The notes under the pieces are model-generated. The model ran no database searches. It worked only from the letters and a program-made list of their open reading frames with translations, and had not been told where the DNA came from. DNA of 64,000 nt, from NCBI GenBank assembly GCA_034780895.1, contig JAUZTB010000011.1, positions 20,060,894 to 20,124,893 on the forward strand, written 5' to 3'. Positions 1-12,568 of the stretch are shown in pieces; the first letter of the stretch is position 1, and every line of letters begins with the position of its first letter. This stretch comes from Rhynchobatus australiae (Eukaryota). The translations under genes were made by a program, and so were the position numbers.

Positions 1-441
1 GACTTGAGGGGCAACATTTTACACAGAGAGTGGTAGGCACCTGGAATTGGTTACCAGGGGTAATCGTGGAAGCAGGCCGCTTGGTGGAGTTCAAGAAGCT
101 TTTAAATAAATAGGGTAGACAGTCAGAATCTGTTCCCAAGGGTAGAAATGTCAAACACCAGAGGACATGCTTTTAACGTTAGAGGAGAGAAGTTTAAAGA
201 TGATGTGAGGGGCAAGTTTTTTTATGCAGAGAGTGGTAGGTGCTTGGAATAGGATACCAGGGGTAGTAGTGGAAGCAGGCAGCTTGGTGGAGTTTAAGAA
301 GCTTTTAGATAGACACATGAATACAAAGGGAATGGAGGGATATGGATGATAAACAGGGGGAGGACATTTAGCATGAATTGGCAGCAAGATTGACACAACA
401 ATGTGGGCTGAATGGCCTGTCCAGGCCTGTTCTATGTTCTA
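1..441 (+). mobile_element. CR1 LINE 3' end (ORF2 C-terminus + 3'UTR) with internal duplication
   Basis: Typical CR1 end: gaggggcaagttttt..cagagagtggtaggtgcttggaat..gggctgaatggcctgt..ttctatgttcta. Segment ~1-110 is repeated at ~200-310. Confidence 0.85.
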
Positions 442-830
442 CATGCAGTCCCCAGGTTACAACAGAGTTCCATTCCTGAGAACTGTTCATAATCTGAACT
501 CTTTGTAATTCAGAAATGAACAAAAACAGTGTGTGGGAGAAGATCACAGAGAGAGCTGTGACAGGAGAGCGAGCAGGCAAGGGGAGAGTGGCCGCCAACT
601 GGCCTCACTGACTCAGTGAGTAAGTGAGTGAGTCTGGTCAGCACTCCCAGCTGCGTTCGGCTCAACCCAGACCCATGGGGAGCTGGGTAGGGGGAGACGG
701 CAGGTGGAAATGCCCTGTTCCCACCCAGTAGAAGATGCCCGCAGTCTCACAGCAGCCAGCAAATCCGTCCTGCCAGTTTGTATGTGTGGGCTGTCCAGAA
801 GTCAGGCATTTGTAACCTGGGGAGGACCTG
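442..830. mobile_element. Tigger/Tc1-mariner-like MITE
   Basis: Terminal inverted repeats catgcagtccccaggttacaa (442-462) and ttgtaacctggggaggacctg (810-830), flanked by TA on both sides (440-441, 831-832). No ORF. Confidence 0.75.
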
Positions 831-1632
831 TAACATGATGTTGCATCACAAATACATAATTTGCATTTATTTCCCCCTCTCACTACTCTTCGCTATTGGA
901 ATACTTGAGGGAAGGAGGAACAAGATCAACACAGTGGGGCAAGAGGAGTTCAACCAGAGCCTAGATTGGAGGAAGTGAGCCTGGTGGTTGTTGAGGCCCC
1001 TGCAAAATGAACTTAAGCAGCTTTCAAGATTACAACAATCAGGGAGATTTTCAGTGATACCTAAGTATTAGAATACAGCCAGAGTGGGTGTGAGAACACC
1101 TACACATATGGGATGTTAGTAGGAGGATGCTTTTGGAATGAATACTTGCAGGGCTGTGGGAGAGATAACTTTTACCACCCCAGATTTCAACTGGAAGTGA
1201 CCCATCCCTTGCACTGCTGCAAGCATTTAGTCCAAAACTTGGCTTGTACTTAGAACCGTTATGTGTAGGTTTCTTCACACCCACACTAAGTTGCATTCAA
1301 GAACTTGCATATCACAGCATGTCATCTGGGTAAGTGCTGCTGCAGAATGAAATTATACATCATTCAATGGACTGCCAGTGTCCTGGGTTAGCATGACTAA
1401 TACTCCCAGATCCTTCCATTAACCAGAAGCACTGACCAAAAACCTCATCAGTGTTTGTCAGTGGTACTGATCATTTTACTTACACTTACCCAGGATACTT
1501 CAGAAGTTTCATGAACTGTAGTTGCAAAGATCTCTTGGAGCTATCTTTACACTTGTCTTTCAGGGGAAAATATTGGTAATGCAGTTGTCAGCCTTAAAAC
1601 AGTAGCATTATGACAGTTGTTTTTCTGAATGT

Positions 1633-2077
1633 ATTCATTTTTCAGAATCTGAGCATCACTACCAAGACCAGCATTTATTGTCCATCCCTAATTGTCCTCA
1701 TGGTGAGCTGCCTTCTTGAATCTCTGCAGTCCTTCTGGTGAAAGCACTCCCACGGGATTGTTGGGTAGGGAGTTCCGGGATTTCAATCCAGTGTTGAAGG
1801 GCCAGCAATGTATTTCCCAGTCAGAATGGTGTGTGACCTGGAGGGTAACCTACAGGTGCTGCTGTTCCTATGCACCTTCTGCCCTTGTCCTTCCAGCTGG
1901 TAGAGGTCATGGATTTGGAGGTAGTGTCGGAGTAGCTTAAGCAAGTTACTACAATGGTTTCTGTAGATGGTATAGATTGCAACCATTTTCATTTGTGGTG
2001 GAGGAAATAAATGTTTAGGGTAGAATATGGGTGCTAATCAAGCAGGCTGCTTCATGCTGGCCAAACTACTAGTAAGA
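1633..2077 (-). mobile_element. CR1-like LINE (second clade) 3' end
   Basis: Signature ccagcatttattgtccatccctaattg..ggtgagctgccttcttgaa, shared with copies at ~20840, ~28440 and ~35945; the last continues into RT-coding sequence. Confidence 0.75.
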
Positions 2078-2603
2078 NNNNNNNNNNNNNNNNNNNNNNN
2101 NNNNNNNNNNNNNNNNNNNNNNNNNNNNNNNNNNNNNNNNNNNNNNNNNNNNNNNNNNNNNNNNNNNNNNNNNNNNNAGAAAGTTATTTTCACCCCAACC
2201 TTCGTTGAATAAAACACTACAAAGTTGTATGGAACTCTTATACCACTCTTACTTCTAAGTGGCTTAAGCAGACAACACATCTATAACTCATTTCACACAG
2301 CAATGAACAACCATTTGGCAGATGTTTGCATCATGACAGCTTGAATTGAGGTGAATGAGTAAGAGTTGAGTGTAGTCTAAAAGACATCTGTGGCAGGCTG
2401 CAAACCGGATACTGCTCATGTCACTTAACTCATCTCTGGCTTCACTACCAAAGGGAAGGCATGATGGAGGCTTGTGGTCTTGCTCCTGGCCAAGTAAACT
2501 GATTTAGAAGTATGAATGTGGCCATAACTTAGCAAAAATCACTACACATTCCAACCACTTCATTGGTGGGGTACAAAAAAGAAAATGGGGTAAAAGCTTT
2601 AAC

Positions 2604-2828
2604 AATTCAGAATCAGAATCAGGTTTATTATCACTGACTTATATGCCGTGAAATATGTTGTTTTGCAGCAGCAGTACAGTGCAAAGACATTAAATTACTA
2701 TAAGTTACAAAATAAATAAATAGTGCGAAAAAAGGAATAACAAAATAGTGTTCATGAGCCATTCAGATATCTGATGGTGGAGGGGAAGAAGCTGTTCCTA
2801 AATTGTTGAGTGTGGGTCTTCAGGCTCC
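2604..2828 (-). mobile_element. Rex1/Babar-like LINE 3' end
   Basis: Tail agaatcagaatcaggtttattatcactgac, then ctgatggtggaggggaagaagctgttcct..gtcttcaggctcc, typical of Rex1 3' ends. Confidence 0.7.
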
Positions 2829-4429
2829 ATTTAAGTCCACCACCAAAAGTGGAAAATGGAACAGAACACGCAGCATAGTGTGGCTGGTGCTACCAACAGG
2901 GGCTGTATCTCTCGGTAAGCACCTCCAGGAGAATGTGTTTACAGTGCACACTGTTCCAGGAACTGTTCTTGCCTCTTGTCATTTGCCCTTGGGATGCACG
3001 TGTCACTGGAGAACTGCTGAGAATTTTTAGAAAAAGGCCTGCACCCACCCCCTGTTGTTGTAATGGAGGTGCTAACCTATTTACTAATTGTTTAACTGCT
3101 CCCTTAAAATTGTATTTAAAAATAATCATGTTGGGTATTTTTGCATTAATCTTCATACAACATAATTTTAAAGAAGATTTCTTCATAGAGGATCATTCAT
3201 CACACTCTGACAGCACCTCTCCTTAAACATAATTCTGTCATTTTTTTTTAGGGATTGTGCCAACTGTATCCCATTCCCATGCCCACCCTTCCATCATAAG
3301 CAAAATACTTAAACAGGTCAATTATTGTGACATTCATGTAAGCAGCCAATGACATCACATATTAGTGCTAAATGCATTTAACAGGGATCCTAATTTATAT
3401 TAAAGAATTCTGACAATGCCAAGCATAATGAGCCAAAAGAAGCACATTAAAGAAAAGAATTGGCAATGCACCTTGAACCTAAGGGGGAAAAGAATGCCAC
3501 ACTCAATGCTAGTTACAATTTGACATAGATACACTGAACTGCTACCTTGTGCCTGTACCAGCTGGTCTCATTAATTATGTTACCTGGACATTTTAACTAC
3601 ATGGGTAAAAATAAACAGAAGTGCAGAATACCCAGGGAGCTAATTTCATCCAGGCATGCCCAAACTGGTCCCTTCACTTCAGGGTGCCATAGGACACACA
3701 GCCATACTCAGTCCCCTGAGATAGTCGAGTCTGAAGCTGTTATTCAGCTACTGGGGTGCAGCCACTTTTCAGTTTGGATAATGTTAGATGTAACACGTCT
3801 GGCAGAGAGCTGCTTTGCAGAGTGCGTGTGACTAATCATGTTGCTTTTCAGAAACCGTGACAATCAAGTTCACCATGCACTTAAGGAGGAGAAAAAATAG
3901 TCTTTAATTGTTGGAAGGAAAGGAAATGGTGCAGGCACCAGAGTTTATTAAATAAATGCACTGTAGGTGATTTAATTGCTTCGGAAAGATGCAAGCAGTT
4001 CTGGGTTGAAGGATAAAAAAACATGCTTCAGTACTTTTGAATNNNNNCCAACCAGAATACAACCAAATGAATTCCCCTTGTTAGGTTTTCATTACACAAT
4101 ATTTATTGTAAAAGAGAATTTAAAGGTTACATGCATGACTCAGTCCATTAGATCACTGCTGTAAATGTTACCACCTGCACCAATATGACTACTACACAGA
4201 AGAATTGAGATCTCAGCGTTGGCACCTCTCCAGTTTTGGATATCTACAGTGACAATAAGAGTTTTAGAACACAATTATAGCTCTACCACCTCATTCTAGT
4301 CCTCTCCTATGCTAAACTGCCACAGTGCCCTATTTCCTCCAATAAGTTTTCCAAAGTGTCATTTTTCACTGTGAATAACAATTGTGGCATCTTTCCCGAC
4401 TGAGGAAGAACTCTGTTGAAGCTAATTTT

Positions 4430-4620
4430 GTTCCTGTTCTCACCTGGCATCCACACACTCAACAGGAGCTGCTAAGCAGCAATCAGCATCAGATACCCTG
4501 GAGATGTCTCCTCTCTGCAGCAGGGGAGCAAGGCTGATCACAGTAAATCCAGTAACACACCAAGATCAGTTAACTCACATACCTATTCCCTGGATAAGTT
4601 TGGTCTAATCACATGCGCTA
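4430..4620 (-). mobile_element. LF-SINE-like ancient SINE relic
   Basis: gttctcacctggcatccacacac..gatcagttaactca resembles the reverse complement of the LF-SINE body as recalled; highly diverged. Confidence 0.4.
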
Positions 4621-5189
4621 GTGAAATCTAAATTTTATTGACAGTAATCATTGGATGACACAAGTGATCACAATTGACTTCTCTAGCAAGCCAGAAAATG
4701 AGGCCTTTGATGTTTCTATCAGGACATTGCGATACAATGATCAGCAAATGGAGGCTAGGAGAGAAAAATTCTGCTCCCAGTTTCTCAGAACAATGAGCAG
4801 TATTAAGTTAGTTTATCGAATAACAAGCTTATCCAATGGTCCAAGGATAAAAACATCACCTGATATTCTACTCAGCAATGCAGACCAGAACATCATTCAA
4901 TCTAAGCTGAGTTAGTTGAGCTCAGTCCAGACTGTTCCAACTGAAGAGAGTGCCCTAAGGCAAGTGTGTGGCCATCAGCTAGCACTTCTTGCGGGTGGAG
5001 AATATGGCTGTGATGGGCCCATTGATAATTGGCCTTGCTATACTATTACAATTTCTTTATGAAAAGTAGTTCTCAATCTAAAATGCTGAGGAACTCTGGA
5101 ACTGTTGGAAGTTCTCAGGCAGGGGTTACCATTGAACCATAAGATCATCATAGCAGAAAAGGAAGGCATCTGACCCATCAGTTCTGTGC

Positions 5190-6450
5190 CATTTTCATAT
5201 AGAAATATGTCCCAAGGCACTTCAGAGCAGTATTATCAAACAAAACTTAAACCCAGACAACATAAAGAGCTAGAGTCATAGAGTCATAGGGAGGTGCAGC
5301 ATGTAAACATGCCATTTGGCCCATCGAGTCCATGCCAACCATCAGCCACCCATTTATGCTAATCCTACATTAATCCCATTTTATTCTCCCCATGATCTTA
5401 TCAACTCCTCCCAGATTCTACCACTCACCCACGCACTAGGGGTAACTTACAGTGGCCAGTTAACCTACTAACCTGCATATCTTTGGGAAGCGGTAGGAAA
5501 TCACCTTGCGCTTATCAGGACTAAATTGCTTCTGCCATTGCTGTGCCTATTTTGCCAACTGATCAATACCTTGCTACACCTAAGACTAGCCTCCCCACTA
5601 TCAACAGCATCAATTTTTGTGTCATGGAAGGTTGAAGGAGTTTACAGAGGTGAGGAGGTTTGAGGCCACAGAGGGATGAAAAACCATGAATGAGAATTTC
5701 AAAATCAAGGTTTTGCTTAGCTGTGAGATAATGAAGATGGTTCCAGGACATTTAATTAGGACATTTATAGCACAATTTTGAGTAACGTTGCTTGTGGAGG
5801 TTGGAAATTGGAGGCTATCCAGGAATATGTTGGTAACAGGCAAGTCTGGATGCAACCAAACCACAGATTTGGCTTCCAACAGCACCTGCGCTGAGGGTGA
5901 CTTGGAACAGACATAGTTAGAAAGATAGAAATTGGGGGTTTGAGTGACCTCTGGACGTACACCTTAGATTCAAATAGGATACCCGATTACAGACAGTCAA
6001 TATCAACCTCATATAATTGCAAACAAAGGGATTGGACTCATGATCAAAGGGACAGGTTTACAGAAGGCAGCAGAGAAAATGACTTTGGTTTTCCCAATAT
6101 TCAGTTGGAAAAAATTCTTGCTCAACCAGGAACATATATCAAACAAGCCAGCTGACAACCTTGAAGACATGGAGGGGTTGACGGAGGTGGTGAAGTGGTT
6201 GAATTAGAGGATGCAAGTTGTGCCTTTAATACGGTGCAGTGACAGAGACTGAATCCTGACAGGGAATTCAAACATGGAGCTGGAAAAGATAAGCATAGAT
6301 TTGGAAGGGTGTGGTGACTGCATATTTAAAGACTTTGTAGAGAAAGAGAAATTTGGAGATGGTATAGCAGTTTATAAGGACAGAACATCTAGGTTTGCTT
6401 TTTTTTGAGGACTATATATCTTGCAAGATTTCAAAGAATGATCTGGAGCA
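5190..6450 (-). mobile_element. Old L2-like LINE relic, interrupted by a SINE
   Basis: tcccaaggcacttc..ttatcaaacaaaa 3' end, followed by G-rich antisense ORF2-like sequence; similar to the 53185-54090 copy. Confidence 0.5.
5272..5505 (-). mobile_element. V-domain (HE1-type) SINE, 3' part
   Basis: agagtcatagagtcatag tail, ttacagtggccagttaaccta and tctttgggaagcggtaggaaa. Confidence 0.75.
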
Positions 6451-7249
6451 GTGAGTGAGTTTTGGCAAACAAATTGGGAGGCAGGTTAAAAAGAATTAAG
6501 CAAAAGCAATTGCCATTAGCTTAGTGGATTTGGCCTGTGAATACACTACCCCAAATTCATGGACAAAGCCTGAGACGAGATTTCCTCAGCAGATGAATAC
6601 AGTGTCCAGCCTGCACAGGATTACAAGGTGCACCAGTGACATTGCTAAGACGCAGATTTACTCCTGATCTACAGGAGCATTCTGGAGAGCACTCTATGAG
6701 AAACTCCTGACGTCAGATAAATAGATTGTTGCCTAACATTTCAGTTTGGAGAGATTCAGAGAATCTGAATGAGACACTTCTCTGCTGACTTTGGCAAAAA
6801 CCTTTGATAAGACTCTTGCTAAAATGTATTGCAAAACCATGTTAGAATATCTCAACTGAAAACAACACTCATGGAAGTGCATATGCATATGTAATTTCTG
6901 ATTTGATATCTCAGTTAATATGTATATAATTTTATTTATTCCTGATGTTATTATGAAAGTGGTGTGACATATTCCTAATCTCTCTCTCCACAGATGTTCA
7001 TGCACCATCTGGAGCTGGAGCATAAACAACGCAACAAACAACATGCTGTACCAAGGAACAGGCACTACCTTTGCAAGCACAAACACAGAGGTGGTGTCCC
7101 AGTGTTAAAACACGCCATGGTCCTCTGTCACAGGGGTGCAAAGCTTGGCTGTAAATGGAGAGGACCAAAGTTCAGATGCAGGTATTGGAGGAATGGTTTA
7201 AAGACACAGGGACTGGTCATGAAGGTAAAACGATTCAATTGACAAAGCC

Positions 7250-7296
7250 GTAGAGTTTCATAATTAAGTAGAGTTTCATAATTAAGTTTCATAATT
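7250..7296. repeat. Short tandem duplication (18 bp x ~2.6)
   Basis: gtagagtttcataattaa twice, followed by gtttcataatt. Confidence 0.9.
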
Positions 7297-7889
7297 CAGA
7301 AACAAGCTGTGCCAGTCAACAAATGGATGTATACTGCCTACAGTCGAGATAATGCTAACTGAAGTAATGGTTCCTCAGAATCCTTGAAGGTATACAGCTC
7401 ATTGGCTCAAGATCTAAGTGCCTCCAGAGCAAGGCCGTCCATTGTAAAAGTACAAATTATAGTTACTCATAACAACAGGCTTTGCAGGGTTCATAACCAG
7501 GAGAATAACTCATTGAACCAAATATAATTGGCCAGGAACTGGGTCTCAGCCATTTTTGGTGTATAAATGGGTGTTGCGTTCAGCTCTCTTGCTCAATTGG
7601 AGGAACAGCACAGCATTACTAAGTTTGTGAAATTTGCTTTCAAAAATCACCAGCATGCTCTCCCCCATCCCTTTCTTAAAGACTGCCTGCACAATTCCCA
7701 ATCGCAGCAGTATTCACATTGCTGGGAAGTGAGTCAGTAACCTGAAAGTACACTCTCCTCAGCAGCTGCCGTACAATGTTCTAAAGCTGTGATGGGAGTG
7801 AAGGAGAGCAGATTGGGAGAGAGAGGGCACACGTCTTTTCTACTTGTGGCCACATCCTCCCCCCATCCTGTGATCACAGGCTTGTAGTA

Positions 7890-8016
7890 TGTAAATTGGT
7901 TTATTATTATCACGTGCTGAGGTACAGAGAAAAACTTTGTTTTACATGCCATCCATACAGATCATTTCATCACATCAGTGCATTGAGGTAGTACAAGGGC
8001 GAACAATAACAGAATG
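7890..8016 (-). mobile_element. Rex1-like LINE 3' end
   Basis: aaattggtttattattatcacgtgctgaggtacagagaaaaac, homologous to the 59632 copy. Confidence 0.7.
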
Positions 8017-8039
8017 GACTTGGAAGAGTTCTGGAATCC

Positions 8040-8178
8040 TAGACTCATATAGCATGGAAACAGGCCCCTTAGCCCACTAAATCTGCATCGACCATCAAAC
8101 ATCACTTATACAAACCTTACACTATTCTCCCCCCATTCCCCTCAGATCCTACCATTCACCTACAAACAAGGGGCAAGT
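8040..8178 (-). mobile_element. HE1-type SINE 3' fragment
   Basis: agcatggaaacaggccc..agatcctaccattcacctacaaacaaggggcaa. Confidence 0.65.
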
Positions 8179-8796
8179 GTGCTCGCATTTGTTTCATTCA
8201 GCTCTATGAGATCAGGCAAAGACATTGGCGGTGCATGGGAGAGTAGTCAACACCATGCATCAGTTTGGGACACTCTGATCAACATCTGACGGGTTTGCTC
8301 CTAGTTTGACTCTGAGTGAAAAAGCAGGATGATAGTTTGCACTTTGTTGGTCCAGTCCCTGAGGGAAAGGCAGAGGTGGGCACTTGACAGCTGCCCTTGA
8401 GTAAGTCGTGACCAAAAGTGACTGGTCCAGTTTCCCAGTGGGCGAGACTGCCACCAGAAGTGGGAGCAAGTGATCTAACACATGGGTACAAGTGATTTTA
8501 TGCATAATTTGTGCACAAAGATGAGCTGCAACACGTTCAAGGTATATATTCCGGTTAGATATATGGCACTCCAATAACAGGCCAGCAATCTGATTGTGGT
8601 GCTGATGGGATATTCTCTTCGAAATCACTTCGAATTCGTTGCAGATGATTCAAGTATTAGAAAGTGTTGCTGATACCTCTGCCATTATTATACCTATTTG
8701 GCTTGGATTACCTTCTGCAGTGGTTTTGTATTACAGCCATCTTTAAGGATCATCATCAAGAGCATAAGGGAAGTCACTGAAAAATATATGGCTTTT

Positions 8797-9092
8797 ATAG
8801 AACATGGAGCATAGAACAGTACAGCACAAGAACAGGCCCTTCGGCCCACCATGTCTATACCAGCCATGATGCCAATCTAACTGATTCCATCTGCCTGCAC
8901 ACAGTCCATATCCCTCCATTCCTGCCTGTTCATTCATTACCTCTTAAATGCCACAATCGTATCTACTTCAGCCACCTCCCCTGGCAGCAAGTTCCAGGTA
9001 CCTACCATTTTGCGTAAACAAAACCTGCCTCACAAATCTCCTTTAAACTTTCTCCCCCTCACCTTAAACCTATGCCCTTTAGTATTTGGTAT
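8797..9092 (-). mobile_element. CR1 LINE 3' end
   Basis: atagaacagtacagcacaagaacaggcccttcggccc..cctttaaactttctccccctcaccttaaacctatgccc. Confidence 0.85.
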
Positions 9093-9204
9093 TTATGAGG
9101 TAAGGTTGAAGGAATCAAATGATTTGAATTTATATGGCAACCTAACACTATCTCAATTCCAAACTATTCTGCAAATTCTGCAGGCCAATGGGACTAGGGA
9201 ATCC

Positions 9205-9290
9205 ACAGGCAGGCCAATGGGCCAATGGGAATCTTGGTCAGCATGGACCAGTTGGGCAAAGGGGCCCATTTCCATGACTCTATGACTCTA
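9205..9290 (+). mobile_element. CR1 3' tail fragment
   Basis: ttggtcagcatggaccagttgggcaaaggggccc..atgactctatgactcta. Confidence 0.7.
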
Positions 9291-9311
9291 CTTGCAGAGA
9301 AGAAAAGGCAA

Positions 9312-9535
9312 GGTACTGTAGGTACTGGAATTCTAAATTGTGGAACAGCAAGTACGAGAATTACTTAATGGATCAGATCAAGCAGCTTTGAAGAAAGAAG
9401 TGGAGATAATATTTCAGTTCCACCATTTCAGTTAAATTTCAGTGGGCGTCCTTGACATGAGGTGTTAAGTTTGTTTCTGTCTCCACCTGACCTTGCCAGA
9501 CCTGCTGATTATTTTCAGCACTTGCCATTTTAATT
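9312..9535. mobile_element. Degenerate inverted pair of Penelope-type terminal-repeat units
   Basis: Left half resembles the minus strand and right half the plus strand (ctccacctgaccttgccagacctgctgattattttcagca) of the unit at 37746. Confidence 0.45.
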
Positions 9536-9611
9536 ATCTTTGCATTGTGCTCACTGCTGTTATGTAGACAAGCACAGAGCAAGTTTGTGCTTCATGAAGG
9601 CTCGTGTTGAG

Positions 9612-9878
9612 TAAGAACACAGGAGCATAGAAAATAGGGGCAGGAGTAGGCTTCTCAGTCCTCCGAGCCTACTCTGCCATTCGGTATGGTCATGCCCGAT
9701 CATCTATCATCTATGCAGGTTAGAGAAATAAAGTGCAAGGGCACGACAAGGCAGACTGAGAGATCAAGAGTTCATCTTTTTCAAAGAAGAGGTCCATTCA
9801 AGAGTCTGATAACAGCAGGGTAGAAGCTGACCTTGAGGTTGGTGCTGCATGTTCTCAAGCTTATGCATCTTCTGCCCG
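9612..9878 (-). mobile_element. CR1 tail (9612-9710) abutting a Rex1-like fragment (9713-9878)
   Basis: gcaggagtaggc..ctctgccattc, then ccattcaagagtctgataacagcagggtagaagctg. Confidence 0.65.
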
Positions 9879-11904
9879 TATCCGTCTCCTTCATAGAACT
9901 AGCACCCCTCAGAAACACATTGAAATTTCGGTCTAGACTGTGGGTGTCAAATTTTATTACTGAAATGAGGCATGTAACCCAATGTCGGATAAACCTTAAG
10001 TCCTGGCTACAAACTTCGACAAACCCTCAGCCAGGTGCCTGGATCTGAGATGTGGTAAGTTGGTTAATGCCTGGTCTGGAGTTGTTGGTGGGGTTTGCAG
10101 TCCTGAGACAGGAACCAAGGGAGTGAAGCTGACCCTGCTTTTCTCCTCTCCCGGCCTAGCCAATAGTAGTTGGAACTTCTTCTCTCACAGCAAGCCACTT
10201 AGTCATTCGGGTGCAACGAGGAACCCGGTCNNNNNCTCACTTTGTACCTGAATTGTGCTCTGGGGCAAACAAGTTTCTGAAAAGTAAAACCTCCAAGTTT
10301 CTCTCACACATTTACTGAGTCCTCCCCTCTTGGCAGTGCTCTAGCTGTAATGGGATTCCTGTTCCAGACCCTGAAAGGTAATCCTGGGTCCCATGTCCCA
10401 TGCCCACACAAAGAATTTTCCTATTCTTTCGCACTTCCATCTTTTCCAAAGATAGTATCTTCTCACCGACATTGCCTGGTTCTTCTCTGACCTTTATTCC
10501 CAGATCCTTTTCCCTAATCCCTGTTGCCTGATGAGCCTGCCTCCCTGAACTCCTTCCCCACCCCACTCCCACTAACACTCACCTTCCCCCACCCCACCGT
10601 CTCTTGTTACTTTCCTTTCTCGGGTCACACTGGCCAGTCCCTTCCCTCCCCCTGAGATTATCTGTCTACTATCTAGAAGATGGGTGAAACATGTTAGAAC
10701 TTACAGGAGGATTTAATAAACACAATTGTCATGATCACTGAACCACTAGATTGAAAGTATAGATGTTAGCTAAAGTTGATTACATGGAATGAGGAAGCCA
10801 TTTACAAGGACAATGATCTTGTTAAGACTTGATACAATGTAGGTTTATAAATTGGCTTATAGTCATTTAGTAAAATTATGCCCAGCAAGCTGGATGAGCT
10901 GGCTGCAACAGAAATGAGTAAACCGAAATCACACAGCAAATGCGGTTGACTAGAAAGGAATTCTGTTGGCTGAAATATTGTGCTTCGAGATTATTACAAA
11001 GCTCCTTGCCAGTGCAGACATGGTATCTCAATCACAGATTGAGCAATTGCTCCACATTGATAGACCGGAGCCAGGCTAGTTCCTCCTTAGTTGTGATAAG
11101 CATACTTCTCAGAATGAGCACTTACACATCATATAATTCACTGAAGGGTCTTTGCAATTAAGATTGCTCACACAGGCAGTTGTCACTGCAGAGACTAAAA
11201 GACATGGAAAATCCACTTTCACAATGGACCAAAAAAGAAAAAAAATTGCAGATGCTGTAAATCTGAAATAAGGATGATTTCCAGCAAATACAGCCACAAT
11301 CTACAGCTCAATGACCAAATTACAAAAATATCTAACTTGTAAGGTTGTTTGTAGTTTATTAGGATTAAACTTAATGGGAAGTTACCCCATTTTAAACTCT
11401 GATGTTGTTAGCCAATTATTCTTTTCAATATTTATTAATTCAAGATGTTCAATCATTTTTCACTCAAATGAAGGTGTTCAAATTGGTTATATCATGTGAA
11501 TTACTGTGGTGGTTCAAGTGTTTAAACACTGCATTATACCTTGGATAAGACAGAGGCTAGAATCATATTACAATGAAGAAACATATTGGGACATTCATTT
11601 TGCATTGCTGACTACGCAAGTTAACCACTTTAAAGTTTGTCAGATATACCTTTGTATGTTTCTTGGTTTGAATTACACTTCTACCTGTGTGCTTTTTACA
11701 AATAATTCCACTTCAGGAATAAGATTATATGAATGAATCGGTTGCGCTATATTTATTCCAATGGTTGGCAATTCCAAAATGACATCTCTCTTGTCTGCAT
11801 TGCAATAATATTAAATTTTGCTTCATAAAACTTACAGGGAATTACCATTCTGTATATCGATCTAATCTTGTGTGCAATGTGCATGATTTACATAAATAAA
11901 AACA

Positions 11905-12027
11905 GGGGGGTCATTGACCTGAAATGTTACATTTGCTTCTCTCTCCACAGATGCTGCCTGACCTGTTGACTGCCTCCAGCATTTTCTATTTTTATTTCAG
12001 ATCTCCAGCAATTGCAAGTTTTTTTTC
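11905..12027 (+). mobile_element. Penelope-type short unit with partial hammerhead (stem II + GAAA)
   Basis: gggtc-att-gacct gaaa tgtt, then ctctccacagatgctgcctgacctg..tccagcattttc. Confidence 0.7.
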
Positions 12028-12489
12028 ACCATTCAAGTATATTTAGATCTGTGTTTTCATTACTTTGTCCAAAACAAATTATTTCAGTGACTGTGTGTCC
12101 ATCTCCATCCACAAATTATGTTTTTCTTCAAAAGTTAATTCTGGTAACATTCAAAGTATTGCCAAAGCAGTGAAGTGACCTAGTCTCTGGATGAGGATAA
12201 CGTGCTTGAACTTCAGAAATTCCTGTTTATCAAATAAATTAAGTTTACACCTTATAACAGATGTTGCCTCATGTTGCCCCATCTGCACCTAATTGCCTGC
12301 AGCAATTCCACCACGCAATGACGGTTCTTATTTAGCTGTGCCCTGGGAACACTCCTGTCAGCCTCTAGTGGTTGATCCACAAGGAAAGGACTACTCGGCA
12401 TTTTCAGAGCTTCCTCAGTCCACTCCTGAGCGTGTTGTTGTATGAAACTTACAGGGCTGTTTATCACAATAGCACTGACAAATTATTTG

Positions 12490-12568
12490 AACATGGAACA
12501 GTACAGCACAGAACAGGCCCTTCGGCCAACAATATTGTGCTGACATAGATCATTCCTCCTACCTACAG
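12490..12568 (-). mobile_element. CR1 3' tail running into an N gap
   Basis: gaacagtacagcacagaacaggcccttcggcc. Confidence 0.75.

Noticed and set aside
1184-1329. Possible plus-strand exon (cag|ATT..TGG|gtaagt, open frame ISTGSDPSLALLQAF..)
   Set aside because: The peptide was not recognised and there are no compatible partner exons; such sites are expected by chance in 64 kb.
6994-7242. ORF after a good acceptor (ctctctctccacag)
   Set aside because: No recognisable protein or strong donor; the acceptor word ctctccacagatg also occurs in the Penelope-type repeat.
9960-10650. Possible promoter or first exon (CCAAT, a few CpGs, gtg|gtaagt, C-rich tract)
   Set aside because: CpG density is far below that of an island and the segment is interrupted by a gap; support is insufficient.
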